Source: Chiloscyllium plagiosum
Taxonomy: Eukaryota
Reading direction: 5' to 3'
NCBI RefSeq assembly: GCF_004010195.1
Contig: NC_057755.1
Location: 10,680,934-10,730,515, forward strand
Length of the DNA: 49,582 bases
The notes beneath the pieces are model-generated. The model searched no databases, was not told where the DNA came from, and saw only the letters and a program-made list of their open reading frames with translations. This document shows, in pieces, positions 36,831 to 48,469 of the stretch; the stretch's first letter is position 1; every line of letters starts with the position of its first letter. The position numbers and the translations under genes were made by a program.

Positions 36831-37248
36831 GCTGTCCTTGCTACTTTTAACTTCCCTCCAACTCTCACTATTTGGCAAGATTCAGTGTACAGGCATTGGC
36901 CTTAGTTACAACTGAATATGGATTTCACAGGTACATTCCCATGTGCCTATGTTTCTGCCTTTCCAGTGGAATATATTTGTTCTTATCCACACTGATCATC
37001 TTTGCAATATTTTCCACTGTCGTATCTGTTATGAAGTTGAAGGCATATATGTTCACTCGAAAAGAGAAAGCGTTTCCTGAAGTTTGAAGTGAAGTTCAAG
37101 TGCAGGTTCAACTTTCTGAATGGAAAGGATGGCAAACAGGCTGTTCCCAAAATAGGAGGAGAAAGTGAGGACTGCAGATGCTGGAGATCAGAGCTGAAAT
37201 GTGTTGCTGGAAAAGCGCAGCAGGTCAGGCAGCATCCAAGAAGCAGGA

Positions 37249-37286
37249 GAATCGACGTTTCAGGCATAAGCCCTTCTTCAGGAATC
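37249..37286 (-). ncRNA. Minimal type I hammerhead ribozyme
   Basis: Minus strand reads GATTC-CTGAAGA-A-GGGC-TTAT-GCCT-GAAAC-GTC-GATTC; intact CUGANGA, GAAA and GUC. Confidence 0.75.
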
Positions 37287-37287
37287 T

Positions 37288-37325
37288 GATTCCTGAAGAA
37301 GGGCTTATGCCCGAAACGTCAATTC
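37288..37325 (+). ncRNA. Minimal type I hammerhead ribozyme
   Basis: CTGAAGA 37293-37299; stem II GGGC/GCCC with TTAT loop; GAAAC 37313-37317; GTC 37318-37320; first stem I pair mutated. Confidence 0.7.
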
Positions 37326-37416
37326 TCCTGCTTCTTGGATGCTGCCTGACCTGCTGCGCTTTTCCAGCAACACATTTTCAGCTCTGTTCCCAAAATAGAT
37401 ACACATAACAAATAGC

Positions 37417-38170
37417 TGTAAAATGGATACCCAAGTTTTGGTTGCTGTTTTGACAAAAATGGGAATTTAATCAATTAGTTTGAATTATGCCCAGGATACT
37501 AAAATCCAATTGTGTTTAAATTTATTGTTTGGCAACATTTGACCAATGGGATGGGGAGTATAAAAAAGTGAAGGCATTTTGAAAATTGGTGAGGGAGAGC
37601 AACTGCCACTGATTTGCAGAGCACCTGCCACAGAGCCGGACAGCTAACTGCCATAGAGCCGGACAACTAACTGCCATGCAGCCAGACAATTAACGGCCAT
37701 AGAGTTGGACAGCTAACTCCCTTAGAGCCAGGCAGCTAACTCCCATAGAGCCAAACAGCTAACGGCCATAGAGCCAGACAGCTAATTTACATAGAGCCAG
37801 AGAGCAAACTGCCCATTGCACATCTCGCTCTCAAAGGAATTAGAAAACACTGTGTATCAATGTACCTTTTCGTGGAGGACCTACTTCCAGTAAAAAGAAA
37901 GGAAGCAGATGACCCAGGGAAATCAGAGACAGAAGATTGAACACAGAAGAGCAGACAGAGACTGTGTGGCCTTGAGATTAAGTTAATGTAATGTTTAATA
38001 AATGTCTTATTGGAACAGCATTTTATTTAAAGATTTGGGGTCAGATACTGAGTAGTTCAGAAAACGGGGCTTGGATTTGTGACTAGTTCTTATTTAGTGT
38101 TCACTATTAGAGTCAAGAAAATAAATTGTTATTTTTCTTTAAAGACTCAAATTTAGGAGATTCCTGTCAC
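37417..38170 (+). mobile_element. Possible solo LTR (boundaries uncertain)
   Basis: TG start, CCAAT 37543-37547, TATAAAA 37559-37565, internal tandem array, downstream AATAAA signals. Confidence 0.4.
37628..37811 (+). repeat. 23-bp tandem repeat, 8 units (CCATAGAGCCRGACAGCTAACTG)
   Basis: Contiguous units with no spacers. Confidence 0.95.
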
Positions 38171-38489
38171 TCTCTGATATAAAGACTGTGAATAAACCTG
38201 CTTCGTGGCCGTGTACCTCAGGTAACATTCTTGATTCTGCACATCTGCCTTGCATTCTGTTTCAGCTGGTTAATATCATGAAAAAAGATGTGTTTCATAT
38301 TGAGCCTGTTACCTGCTCCACTTTTTAAACATGTTTTGTTTAACCTTTATGTTTCACCTTTTTGAAAGCATCAAGTAACAAATTTTGACCTGACTGTTGG
38401 TTTGTCACAATTAAGATAGAGTTGTGTAATTCCTCACTAAAAGGTAGCACACGTTAGAAATGCTGACCATTGTTTCCCATCACCTGTGG

Positions 38490-38810
38490 GACATGGGCAT
38501 CGCTGGCTGGGTCAGCATTTATTACCCGTCGCCAGTTGCCAATTGAGAAGGTGGCGTGGGCTGCCTTCTTGAACCGCCACAGTCCCAGGGAATTCTGGGA
38601 TTTTGACTCAGCGACAGTGACACAATATCTTTTCCAAGTCAGGATGGCTTGGAGGGGAACTTGCGGGAGGTGGGTGTTCCCATGTATCTTCTGCTTCCCC
38701 CCACCCCCACCCTGTACTACTAGATGGAATTGGCCTTGGATTTGGAAGATGCTGTTAAGATGCTGATACTTATCGAATTTCTACAGCGTACCTTGTAGAC
38801 TGTGCACACT
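38490..38810 (-). mobile_element. Ancient LINE 3' fragment (clade unresolved)
   Basis: GCTGGCTGGGTCAGCATTTATT...GCCTTCTTGAACCGC recurs at ~47610-47790, ~48470-49060 and, inverted, at ~46050-46490. Confidence 0.6.
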
Positions 38811-38983
38811 GCTCAGGTGTTGGTTAGCTCAGTTGGCTGAATGGCTGGTCTGTGATGTGGAATGATGACAATAGCATCGGATGAGGTCACCATGGAAGCC
38901 CCACCTTCTCAACATCAGGTTAAAGCTGATGAGCGGTCATCTCTCTCAGATGGGAGAACAATGGTCTCATTATCCAGAAATAT

Positions 38984-39910
38984 TGTGACACTCAATGCAG
39001 ATTGACACTCAATGTCTGACTGTGCACAAGGGCCCTGGTAGAGGGTGCTGAAGAGCTCCATAGAAACTAACTTGTTTCAAAGAGAAACTAGCTACCGAAG
39101 GATCGTTAAACCCATGAGCTTTGCCCTGAAGCCTTTTATAAATATTGTTGAACCCAGGCCTCTGAAGCACTATGTAAATATTTTCCCAACTGAGATACTC
39201 TGAAACAGGATGACTCACCCCTGAAGCAGGTACAAATGGAAACCTGGGGGCTCCTGGCTGTTTTGGACCAGGCCAGGCCCCTTCAAAATATTTTAAGAAA
39301 GAAGCCGAGAACCTCATGTTTTCCCATTTTAAAGGTAGATGTGAAATGCCGTTTTCCAAATGCGATGCAACTGGTCAAAAGCCTCGATGTTCAGCAAAAC
39401 AATGTATTTAAACACTGCTGTTAAACTACAAACAAAGGAAAGAGGAATTTAGAACAGCTTAACTATTGAAAAACATCGCTGAATAATAGATACAGTAACA
39501 CTATAGTTCCAATATAGTAACCATCCCATAAACACACCTCCTGGCAAAAAAGGAACATTCAGACAAGGATTCTCACATAAAGTTTTCTAATCCAGGAGGC
39601 AAAGAACACACAAGAGAGAATTCAGAGAGTATAACAGATAGGAGTTATTCACTGAAGATACCAAAGCTTTTAATATCCAATACCTTTTTCTTAATACCAA
39701 ACCTAAACACGAAATAAGAGTAGAAAGGCTGCTCTATGAGAGCTGGCTATGCCCAGGCTGCTTCCATTGTTCCAACATTATCATAAAAAACACTCCCAAA
39801 GGCCTCACACTTCGTTTATTTTCTTACAGATAGCTCCACATGTCTGCCTTGCAACCTCTCTTCAAAAAAAGACTGGACAAAATAACTCTGAATGTGACAG
39901 CATTGTCACA
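38984..39910 (-). mobile_element. Probable LTR-retrotransposon remnant
   Basis: Bounded by inverted TGTGACA...TGTCACA termini; no intact ORF; no TSD seen. Confidence 0.4.
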
Positions 39911-40178
39911 TTGCTCAGAGGCAGGGACACTACCACTGTGGCACTAGAGCTCTCCCTGAGCCTTTCTCAAGCTCCAGTGGTCTCAGTGTTGGAATAAGAA
40001 TCAAGAAGCCACGTAGATTCATAGCAATGCTCAAGGAGACTCTGCATTACATTGATATATGAGAGAGGTCGGATTGCAGTCCAGAAATTCATCAGGTTAC
40101 TATCAGATTAAAGAAAATCAGGTTCCAGGCCAGATCAGCAAGGGAAACAAAACTGAGACCAAATATTCCAAACAGAGG

Positions 40179-41098
40179 CTACTTTGCATTTGCTCGGTTT
40201 TGGATTACACTTAAAATTAGAAACAATGGAGCTTTCACCACCTTCTTCAGCTCCTCCCTGAACTTCCTTTGTGTTGCAGCATAAATAAATGTGTTTGGGC
40301 AGGAGCTCAAAAATTTTAGCATGGTTCCAGTTTCGGTGGCGATATACCCAGGATTTCTGAAATCACCTCTGTAGTAAATGCTGTTTACCATTCTAGTTGT
40401 AGCAAAACTAATCACCGCCGTCAGCCACAGCAGTAAGAAAGAGCCTGATACAGCAAAAAGGAAAATGATGGATTTCTTTCGGTTCTCCATCTCTGGATCT
40501 CGATGATTCTCACCGTGGGTACCTCGCAGACTGTTCCGTGCTCTGCTGCCAATCAAGACATGTTTGATTGTCATAGAATTGAACAAGGCAATTAATGTAA
40601 AGGGAAGCCAGATGACCCACACAGTGTGAAACCAGGCAAACGCAGCCCCTGGGGGTGAGGAGAAAAATGCTACACGTGTTTGACACCCCCACTGCAGCTT
40701 GTGAATTACTCGCTGATGTTCATAGGCAAATAAGATGGGAATGTTCTTGAACATAATCACAACAAAGAGGGTTGTTATAACCAGAACTGCAGTTCTCTTG
40801 GTGCAATACCTCGCCTTAAACTTTTGCCAGCAGATCACTACAAATCGGTCAAATGTAAATGAAACGGTGAACCAAATGGACAAATCAATTGCGACAGGTG
40901 CTATATATAGAAGTAACTTACATATTGAAGTGAGTGACAGGAATGACAGGGGAAAATTATAACTGATGATATGGTATAACAGCACATTGTTGATCATGAG
41001 CAGTAGATCTGCTATTGCCATGGCCAACATATAGACGGAGATACACTTGGAAAGGCTGCAGTTTCCCCTGCAAAGAATCACAATTGTCAAGGTGTTTG
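40179..41098 (-). CDS. GPR139/GPR142-like GPCR copy 3, exon 2 (spliced product 329 aa, intact)
   Basis: Full 7TM; MAIADLLL, LSIWFTVSFTFDRFVVIC, DPEMENRKKSI, SSCPNTFIYAATQRKFREEL. Confidence 0.95.
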
Positions 41099-41212
41099 CT
41101 GGAAAGAGAAAGAGAGTGCAGGTTGATAATGTTTACATGCATTGTTCAAAAAATTATATCATTTGACATTATCCAACAAGTGGCAAGGAACAAATGACTT
41201 AGAAATGCTTAC

Positions 41213-41282
41213 CAGGAATTCCAATGGCCACGAGCATTGGGTAATAAATGCCTTTTATCAGCAGAATAACTGGTTGCCCCAT
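41213..41282 (-). CDS. GPCR copy 3, exon 1 (70 nt)
   Basis: MGQPVILLIKGIYYPMLVAIGIP; donor G|GTAAGC. Confidence 0.92.
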
Positions 41283-41356
41283 CTTCTGGTGGTTGGAGTA
41301 TTCTTTTTGAGATTAACCTTCTCGCTGCTGCACAACCAAGGCAACGAAAATAACCA

Positions 41357-41467
41357 TTTATTTATAGACATTTTGATTCTCCAGGCAACCAATGATGAAA
41401 TCATAATTAGTGTTAGTTACAAGCATTCAGTAAATAGAGTTAGGTCATCTGTTTTGCATATGTCACA
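41357..41467 (-). promoter_or_regulatory. Putative proximal promoter of GPCR copy 3
   Basis: TATAAATAAA ~79 nt upstream of the ATG; CCAAT and TAATTA motifs in the conserved block. Confidence 0.55.
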
Positions 41468-43579
41468 TTAACGGAAAATAATGCAGTTCCAGAGGTGTGT
41501 AATAACATCTGTAAATATGTTGATTTGAAAAATACGAGTGTTTCAGGACTTCTGATCGCTAGAAATAGATTAGATTACTCACAGTGTGGAAACAGATGTT
41601 CAACATAATGTTCGTTTTTCATCAGGAAGATAGTTAAACTTACATCAGCAATTAAAAACATAGAATAATTAGGAAATGGTATCCAGTACTCAGCCCTGGT
41701 TCCAAGATGACAAACACTGATACCTAAATATGCGAGACTACCAAGAATCTGTGAGATATGGGAAGCTTGGAGAAAGATGGGTGGGTGTAACTGTTAAATC
41801 AAGGATGACATTCATACGATGGAGAGAAACTTTAGCATAAAGACCAAGGTGTTGTAATTGTTTGGTTAGAGATGAGAAAGAGTAAAAGGAACAAGTTTTT
41901 TGGAATTTTGGGATAAAGATGCTTTGACATTAACTAATTGTAGCAGGGATGGTTAGGGCGAAGTAATGGGGATTTTGCGAAAGGCTTGGCATAATCACGG
42001 ATGGTTTTCCTCATTGTATACACTGGCTGACACTGATGAATTTCATTTAGATCTGATAGCACTGATGGAGGGAAAACAGAGTTAATCTATATTATTGTAC
42101 TACAGGGGCCACCAAACCAGCTGAGTTTCTCCTGAAATTTGTGTTTTTGTTTGTCTCAGATCTCCAGCATCCACACTCCTTTTGTTTCTCTTCAGAAAAG
42201 AAATGCTCTTTAGTTTGAGATAGTACAGATGCCAATTTGTGATGTGTTTTCAGGACAGTTTCTAGGGGTGTCATACTCTAGAGCTAACAGAAGAGCAGGC
42301 AATACTCGACCTGGAATTATTACAAAGACACAGGATGGTTCATGACATCATCTTGAAGGTAGCTTGAGTTAAAAGTGACCATAACAATGTAACACATCAG
42401 GTTTGATGGGAAGTTGAGAGGTTCTAAACATGGTGATATCAGCTTTATTGGGGCGATTGTGAGGGCATAAAAACAAAGAGAATTTGGAAATCAGGTTTTG
42501 TGTCAAATTAGTAGAGACAGTGTCTGACATTGAAGAAGATATTTCGGAATGCTCAGCAGAAGTGCATTTTAATAAGAACAAAAGAATGCAAGGGAAAAAA
42601 TTATCTAAAGTGAACTGAGGAAATGAAACATTGAAAACATTGATTAAAAAAAAAGGAGTAGGTCGTACAGAAGAACAGGTAGTATACCAAACATTAGATG
42701 TAAAAAAATGCAGAAGGAAGGGGAACCACAATACCACTGGAAATGTAACGACAAATAGCAAGAATTTCTGAAGACACATTTGAACAACAAAAAAGTAAAA
42801 GGCCAATATCTGATTTCAAAAGGATGTATTTGGGGAATGTAGCTTGGGAACTAAGGAAATAATAGACATTCACCTTCAAACAAGAAGCTGAAACAGGTCA
42901 TTCATCCTTCTAGCCATGCTCCATCATCCAATAAGATCGTGATTGATCCGTCTAAGTTCCACATTTTACATTTATGTCTGTCCCTGGTGACCTTCAATGC
43001 CTTACCGACCCTGAATCTACCTCCCACCACCATCAGCATAATTCAAAGAACGTGCCTTGACTCTCGTCTGAGGCAGAAAGCTCCAGAACCAAACAGCCCT
43101 CTGAAGTGATGTTTAATCTTGTCTCGAAGCAACATTTGCCATCACACAGGGTTCAGGCAGACCGAGAACAGGGTGCTTTACTTAACTGAGGGCCAAATTG
43201 TGAATATGGGGTCGGGGGACCTCTTGGGAAACAGTTCTCACATCAAACAAGAAGATCTATTTGACAACTTTAAGAAGTATAAAGCAATGGCAGTCTGGTT
43301 AAGATTCTGAAAGTTCGAAATGCACACATAGTAGTCACCCAAATAAATCTTAATAACAGTATAAGGTCGCTAATCAGTAGGTGCAAATTCTATAAGCAGG
43401 AAGCATTAATCACTGCACAGAGAGCTGAAGTATAAAGTGCTGTCAGTACACAGTTTATGAAGCGAGTCTTATGTCATTGAAATTGAATAATCAGTGCACG
43501 TTAAGAATGACGATATCTATTTTCCATTTTGTTGGTTTTTCTCCAGAATGTGAGAGGCAGATCCCAATATGTAGCCTGT

Positions 43580-44500
43580 CACCCCTCCGTACCCCTTCAC
43601 TTCTCCCCCACAACAAGGTTCAGGACCCCGGTTCTCTCTCCCTCTCCCACCAGCTTCCACATTGATAGGATCATTTCCCATTATTTCCACTATTCCAGCG
43701 GAATTCCACCACCAGATACATACTCCACTCCCCTCCCTTTACCTGTCAGCTTTCCACAGGGAGCCTTCCCTCTGGGACACCCTGATCCACTCCCCCATTT
43801 CCAACTCCTCCCGACATCATCATGGCACCTTACATTGCAACCCCACACAGTTTAACACCCACCTGTTACCTTCCTCTGTCCTCACTACCCAAGGCTCCAG
43901 AGAAACACCTTCCAGGTAAAGCAGTGATTTACCTGCAGATCACTCAATCTGGGCTATTGTATTGGCTGCTCACAATGAGGTCTCCTCTACACAGGGGGAT
44001 GAAACGTAGACTGAGTGACCGCTTTGCAGAACACCAATGATCTGTCCATAATAATAACCCAGAGGCTCCTATTGCCTGACACTTCAACACTCCACCCTGT
44101 TCCCTGGCCACCATGGTTGTCTCAGGCTTGCTGCAGCGCTCCAGTGAAGCTCAGCACCAGCTGGAAGAACAGCATCTCCTTTTCCACATGGGACCCGACA
44201 GCCTTCAGGCCTCAATATTGAGTGCAACAGTTTTAGTGTATGAGCACCTTCTTCTGTTTTCTTTCCCCACTCCCCACAATCCCAGATCCTGCCATAACAT
44301 GGCTTCCTTCCAGCACAGCCACCTCCTTATTACCCGTCTAGATTCTCTTCATCCCTGGTTGACCATCAACAATACTTTGGTCTGTCTCTCTTCTTTCTCT
44401 CTTTCCCTGTCTACTCAGCTGCTGACTCCTTTAGCACCATACCCTCTCATCAGTATTTATACCACCTTTTCTGAGCTGCTGTCAGTTCTGAAGAAGGGTC
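43580..44500 (+). mobile_element. Degraded PLE (GIY-YIG region plus truncated terminal repeat)
   Basis: LSAFHREPSLWDTLIHS, KRRLSDRFAEH, LEEQHLLFHMG; ends TTCTGAAGAAGGGTC (start of a hammerhead core). Confidence 0.8.
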
Positions 44501-44599
44501 CACAAGACCATTAGATACCGGAGCAGCATTAGAGTATTCAGCCCATTGAATATGCCCCATGGGTAGTGTAGTGGACAGCCAAGAATGTTACCGCAGTGT

Positions 44600-45285
44600 A
44601 CAATGGGACCTTGATCAGCAGGGCTGAAGGGCCAAGGAGTGACAGATGGAGTTGAATTTAGATAAAGGGGAGGTGCTGCATTTTGGTAAAGCACATCAGT
44701 GCAGGATTTACACACTTAATGGTAAGGTCCTGGGGAGTGTTGCTGAACAAAGAGACCTTGCAGTGTCGGCTCATACTTCCTTGAAAATAGAGTCGCAGGT
44801 AGACAGGATGGTAAAGAACGTGTTTCATATGTGCCCATTATGCCTAATGCCGACCAGATAACCCTAATTAAATCTCGTCCCAATGGCCAGTGTTTGTCCC
44901 ATATCCCTCCAAACCCTTCCTGTAAATATACACATCCAGATGCCTTTTAAATGTTGTTATTGTACCAGCTTCCGCAAACTTCTCTGACAGCTCATTCTAT
45001 ACCCACACCATTCTCTGTATGAAAACATTTCCCCGGAGTTCCCTTTTATACATTTCCCCTCTCACATTTAACCTATGCCCCCTAGTTCTGGATTCCCCCA
45101 CGTTACGGAAAAAAACCTTGCCAATTTCCCCAACCCTTGCCCCTCACGATTCTATAAACCTCTATAAGGTCACCCCTCTGCCTCCGACGCTCCAGGAAAA
45201 ATAAGTCCAGCCTGTTCAACCTCTCCCGACAACACTAATTCTCCAATCCTTGCAACATCCCAGTAGATCTTTTCTGCACCCTGGT
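44600..45285. mobile_element. CR1 fragments in opposite orientations
   Basis: + strand MELNLDKGEVLHFGK...EQRDLAV; from ~44830 a minus-strand CR1 3' end. Confidence 0.8.
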
Positions 45286-46049
45286 GGCTAATGTCGAATT
45301 GTAGTTATACTTTTTTACAGAGCAGCACACAAGAAATAATTGAATTGTTGTCATCAATTCAGTTCAACACACATTGGCAGTGTCTAATACATTAGATGAG
45401 CAAATTTAGATGAGGTGGACTGGAGATTTATTTTGTAGAATGCTTTGTGCCCATTTTCTGTAACAACGCAGTGTGGAAAGGATTGAGAAAAAGCTGTTTT
45501 TACATTGTCGGGTTGTGAGATAAGGCTGAGCTAATTAGTAATATTATTTAAAAAGAACCATATAATGCAATGCAATGGACTGAGGAGTGGCACACTCCAG
45601 TCACAGTGCAAACGTTTTAACTGAATCAAAAATAAATACATAAGCATGACAGGAAAATTGTCGAAGCTTGATTGATTAAATGGGTCAAAATTTCAAAAAC
45701 TGCTGAATATTTAAATCGATATTTCAAAATGTTCAAAACTATACTCCGTTTAAAAAATAATCTTCAGAAAGAATTATAAGTTAATCAACTTGAGAAGGTT
45801 TTACACACAAAGGTGCACTTAATAATGTTGCGAAACAAATCAGGATTGAGAACGTTTTAGAAACCATTAAAGGGATTCCAAAAGTTGATAAAGTTTAGGG
45901 GGTGAAAGAATACAAGGCCAAACTGCTAAAGATAGATAAAAGAGAGTCGCTAAAGTAAGCATGGTTACTTAGTGATCATAAGAGGAATTACCATGGGGGA
46001 GTGAGAAAAGTGGCCTCACAGTCCATGGGTCAACAAGAAGCAGCAATGA

Positions 46050-46490
46050 TCTCCAGGTTTGTTGCTTGGATGAGTCCAGCTTCAGCAACACTCAGGAAGT
46101 TTAACACTATCCAGGACAAAGAATCCACTGGATCCACAAAAATGCTGCCCTTCTCTCACTGACATCAGTGGCAGCGTTCCCAAGATGTACTACAGAAAAT
46201 CTCCAAGGATTCCTGGACAGTGACTTCCAAACCCATGTTCACTTACGTTTGGAGGGACAATCGGAAAACCATCACATACAAGTTCCACTCCGAGCCGCTC
46301 ACCATCCTGACTTGGAAATATGTTGCCATTCCTTTACTGTTATTGTGACAAAGTCCTGGAACTGTGTCTTCAATGACCTTGTGTGTCGGCCTATACTAAA
46401 TGGTTCAAGATAGTGGCTTAAGGACAATTATTGATGGGCAATAAATGTTGTCCTCGCCAGCAAAGCAGACCTCCCATCAATGAATAAGAA
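46050..46490 (+). mobile_element. Ancient LINE 3' fragment
   Basis: Reverse-complement similarity to 48470-49060. Confidence 0.6.
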
Positions 46491-46933
46491 AATCCCATGA
46501 TGTTCCTGTGTTGGGAGTGTTTGATTTGGACAGTATAGAGGGCCCTCTGATTCTTACAGTGTCCTCTCATTCCACCCAACCTCATTCTCCAGACATCCTG
46601 AACAACTGTTATCAACTTCCCAGGGCCTGGGAAAATTAAGGCCCTAATTTTTCAAAGGATTTCGTGGATAACAGGGTGATCTGGAAAAAAAAAAGTTATA
46701 TTAATTACCTTTTACTCTGGTCCAATCTCAGTTCGACAAAATGAGAAGTGACCAAGAGAGTGAGGATTGATCTCACAGTAATAAAACAGATACTGGAATG
46801 AAAGAACTTTTCAAAATTAAACTCGTTTGACACAAGTGTTCATCTAGTGGATTGCTTTACAAAAGAAGTCCTTGCTTAAATAAGTTGTTAGAAGGTCTCA
46901 AACAGGATGGTCTTGTGTTGTAGTAAGTATCAC

Positions 46934-47240
46934 GGGCGCCCAAGTGGCACAGTGGTTAGCCCGGCTGCCTCACAGCGCCAGAGACCCGGATTCAATTCGC
47001 CGCCTCAGGCGACTCTCTGTGTGGAGTTTGCACGTTCTCCCCGTGTCCTCCGGGTGCTCCGGTTTCCTCCCACAATCCAAAAATGTGCAGGTTAGGTGGA
47101 TTGGCCACGCTAAATTGCCCGTAGTGTTAGGTGAAGGGGTAAATGTAGGGGAATGGGTCGGGGTGGGTTGCGCTTTGGCAGGTCGGTGTGGACTTGTTGG
47201 GCCGAAGGGCCTGTTTCCACACTGTAAGTAATCTAATCTA
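46934..47240 (+). mobile_element. HE1-type SINE, near full length
   Basis: tRNA-like head GTGGCACAGTGGTTAGC...TTCAATTC, conserved core, tail GGCCGAAGGGCCTGTTTCCACACTGTAAG(TAATC)n. Confidence 0.92.
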
Positions 47241-48469
47241 TCTAAAGTTATGAGAACAGAAATATTGATGGAATACACTGAATTTGTAAAAGATTTAGAA
47301 TAATGAAATACATAAGGAATTATATTTTTGCATAGACTTTGGGCTTTTTCTGGTTATAAAGGAAAGGAATCTGTATCTAAATCTTTTCATGGGATGCTAA
47401 ATAAATATGAGTTAAATGTAACAAACAGATGTTTTGAAAAAATTCGTCAATTGTTTTGAATATTACATGAGCCAGCCCAATGTTTTATGGTGTGTGGTTT
47501 GGTTGAAATGAATCTCTCACTGGGGGAGTATCCCAGGGCTGCATCTAAAGCATTTATCTTCAAGGAGACATACTCTGGATAACGACCAACGTTTTGTTTT
47601 ATTCACTTGTACGCATTAGTCGTGCCACCGGTTATTTCCTGTCCCGAGATGCCCTTGAGAAGGTGGGGGTGAGCTGCCTCCTTGAATCGCTGCTGTCTAC
47701 CTGCTGTATTTTGCTCCACAGTGACCCCCAGGGAGGGAATTCCAGGATTTTGAGCCAGCAACAGTGAAGATACAGCAATATATTTCCAATTTCAGCTTTT
47801 TTCCCTTGCAGTCAGTTTTCCACTGAGGAAATTCTAATCTCCTGCTCACATTTTATTCTCTTTATTTTCAGTAGCACCTTTATCCCCAGCCCTCCCCCCT
47901 GCCCACCCACAGTAACTGTGCTGTGTGTGTAGGTGCAGGATATAGTGAAAAACACCATTGCGCAAATAACTTTATGAATATTCCATCAGCAGGAAAAGCA
48001 CCCATGTGTCCAAGGAACCAGTGACAAGCAGAGCTCCGCTTGTGTGACAGAAAGAGCGCCCGGACAGAAATTGGAAAAGGAAATAAAGCACTCCACCCTC
48101 CCCCCACCTCCCCAGTTCCCACATCGATTCAGCTCATTTGTCCATGTTTGAACCAAGGCTGTAATGAGGACAGGAACTGAGTGCCCTGGTGGAACCCAAC
48201 TGGGTGTCACTGAGCAGGTTATTGCTGAACAGGTACTGCTTGATAGCACCATCAATGACATGAGAATATGAAAACAGTTTACCAGCAGGCTACATATTTG
48301 CACCTTTAAAATAGTGGACAGAGCCTTGAGGAATTAAGAGTTACTTGCAACAGAATTTCAAAGTTGAAATCTCCTGGTCAATGGCTAACACCAAAATGCT
48401 TGCATTTTGGATACATTGTTGGCAATATCATTGAAGGTCAAATGCAGATGGTTATAAGCTCTATTTTTG

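Larger units (their letters stand above)
37156..37383. mobile_element. Palindromic (inverted) PLE terminal-repeat dimer with 15-bp TSD
   Basis: CTGTTCCCAAAATAG at 37141-37155 and 37384-37398; arms ~37190-37286 and 37288-37385 around a single T. Confidence 0.92.

Noticed and set aside
37628..37811. 23-bp repeats as a CRISPR array
   Set aside because: Units are contiguous with no unique spacers, there are no cas genes, and the context is eukaryotic
3015..41282. Assigning gene symbols NLRC3/NLRP3 or GPR139
   Set aside because: Multi-copy lineage-specific paralogues; orthology cannot be established from the sequence alone
42369..42806. 145-aa Phe/Leu-rich membrane-protein-like ORF
   Set aside because: Antisense of an A-rich tract; no recognisable domain; not conserved as an ORF in the paralogous block at ~34 kb
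46934..47010. tRNA gene (also 6653-6725)
   Set aside because: The A/B boxes belong to the tRNA-derived SINE head, which continues into the SINE core and tail
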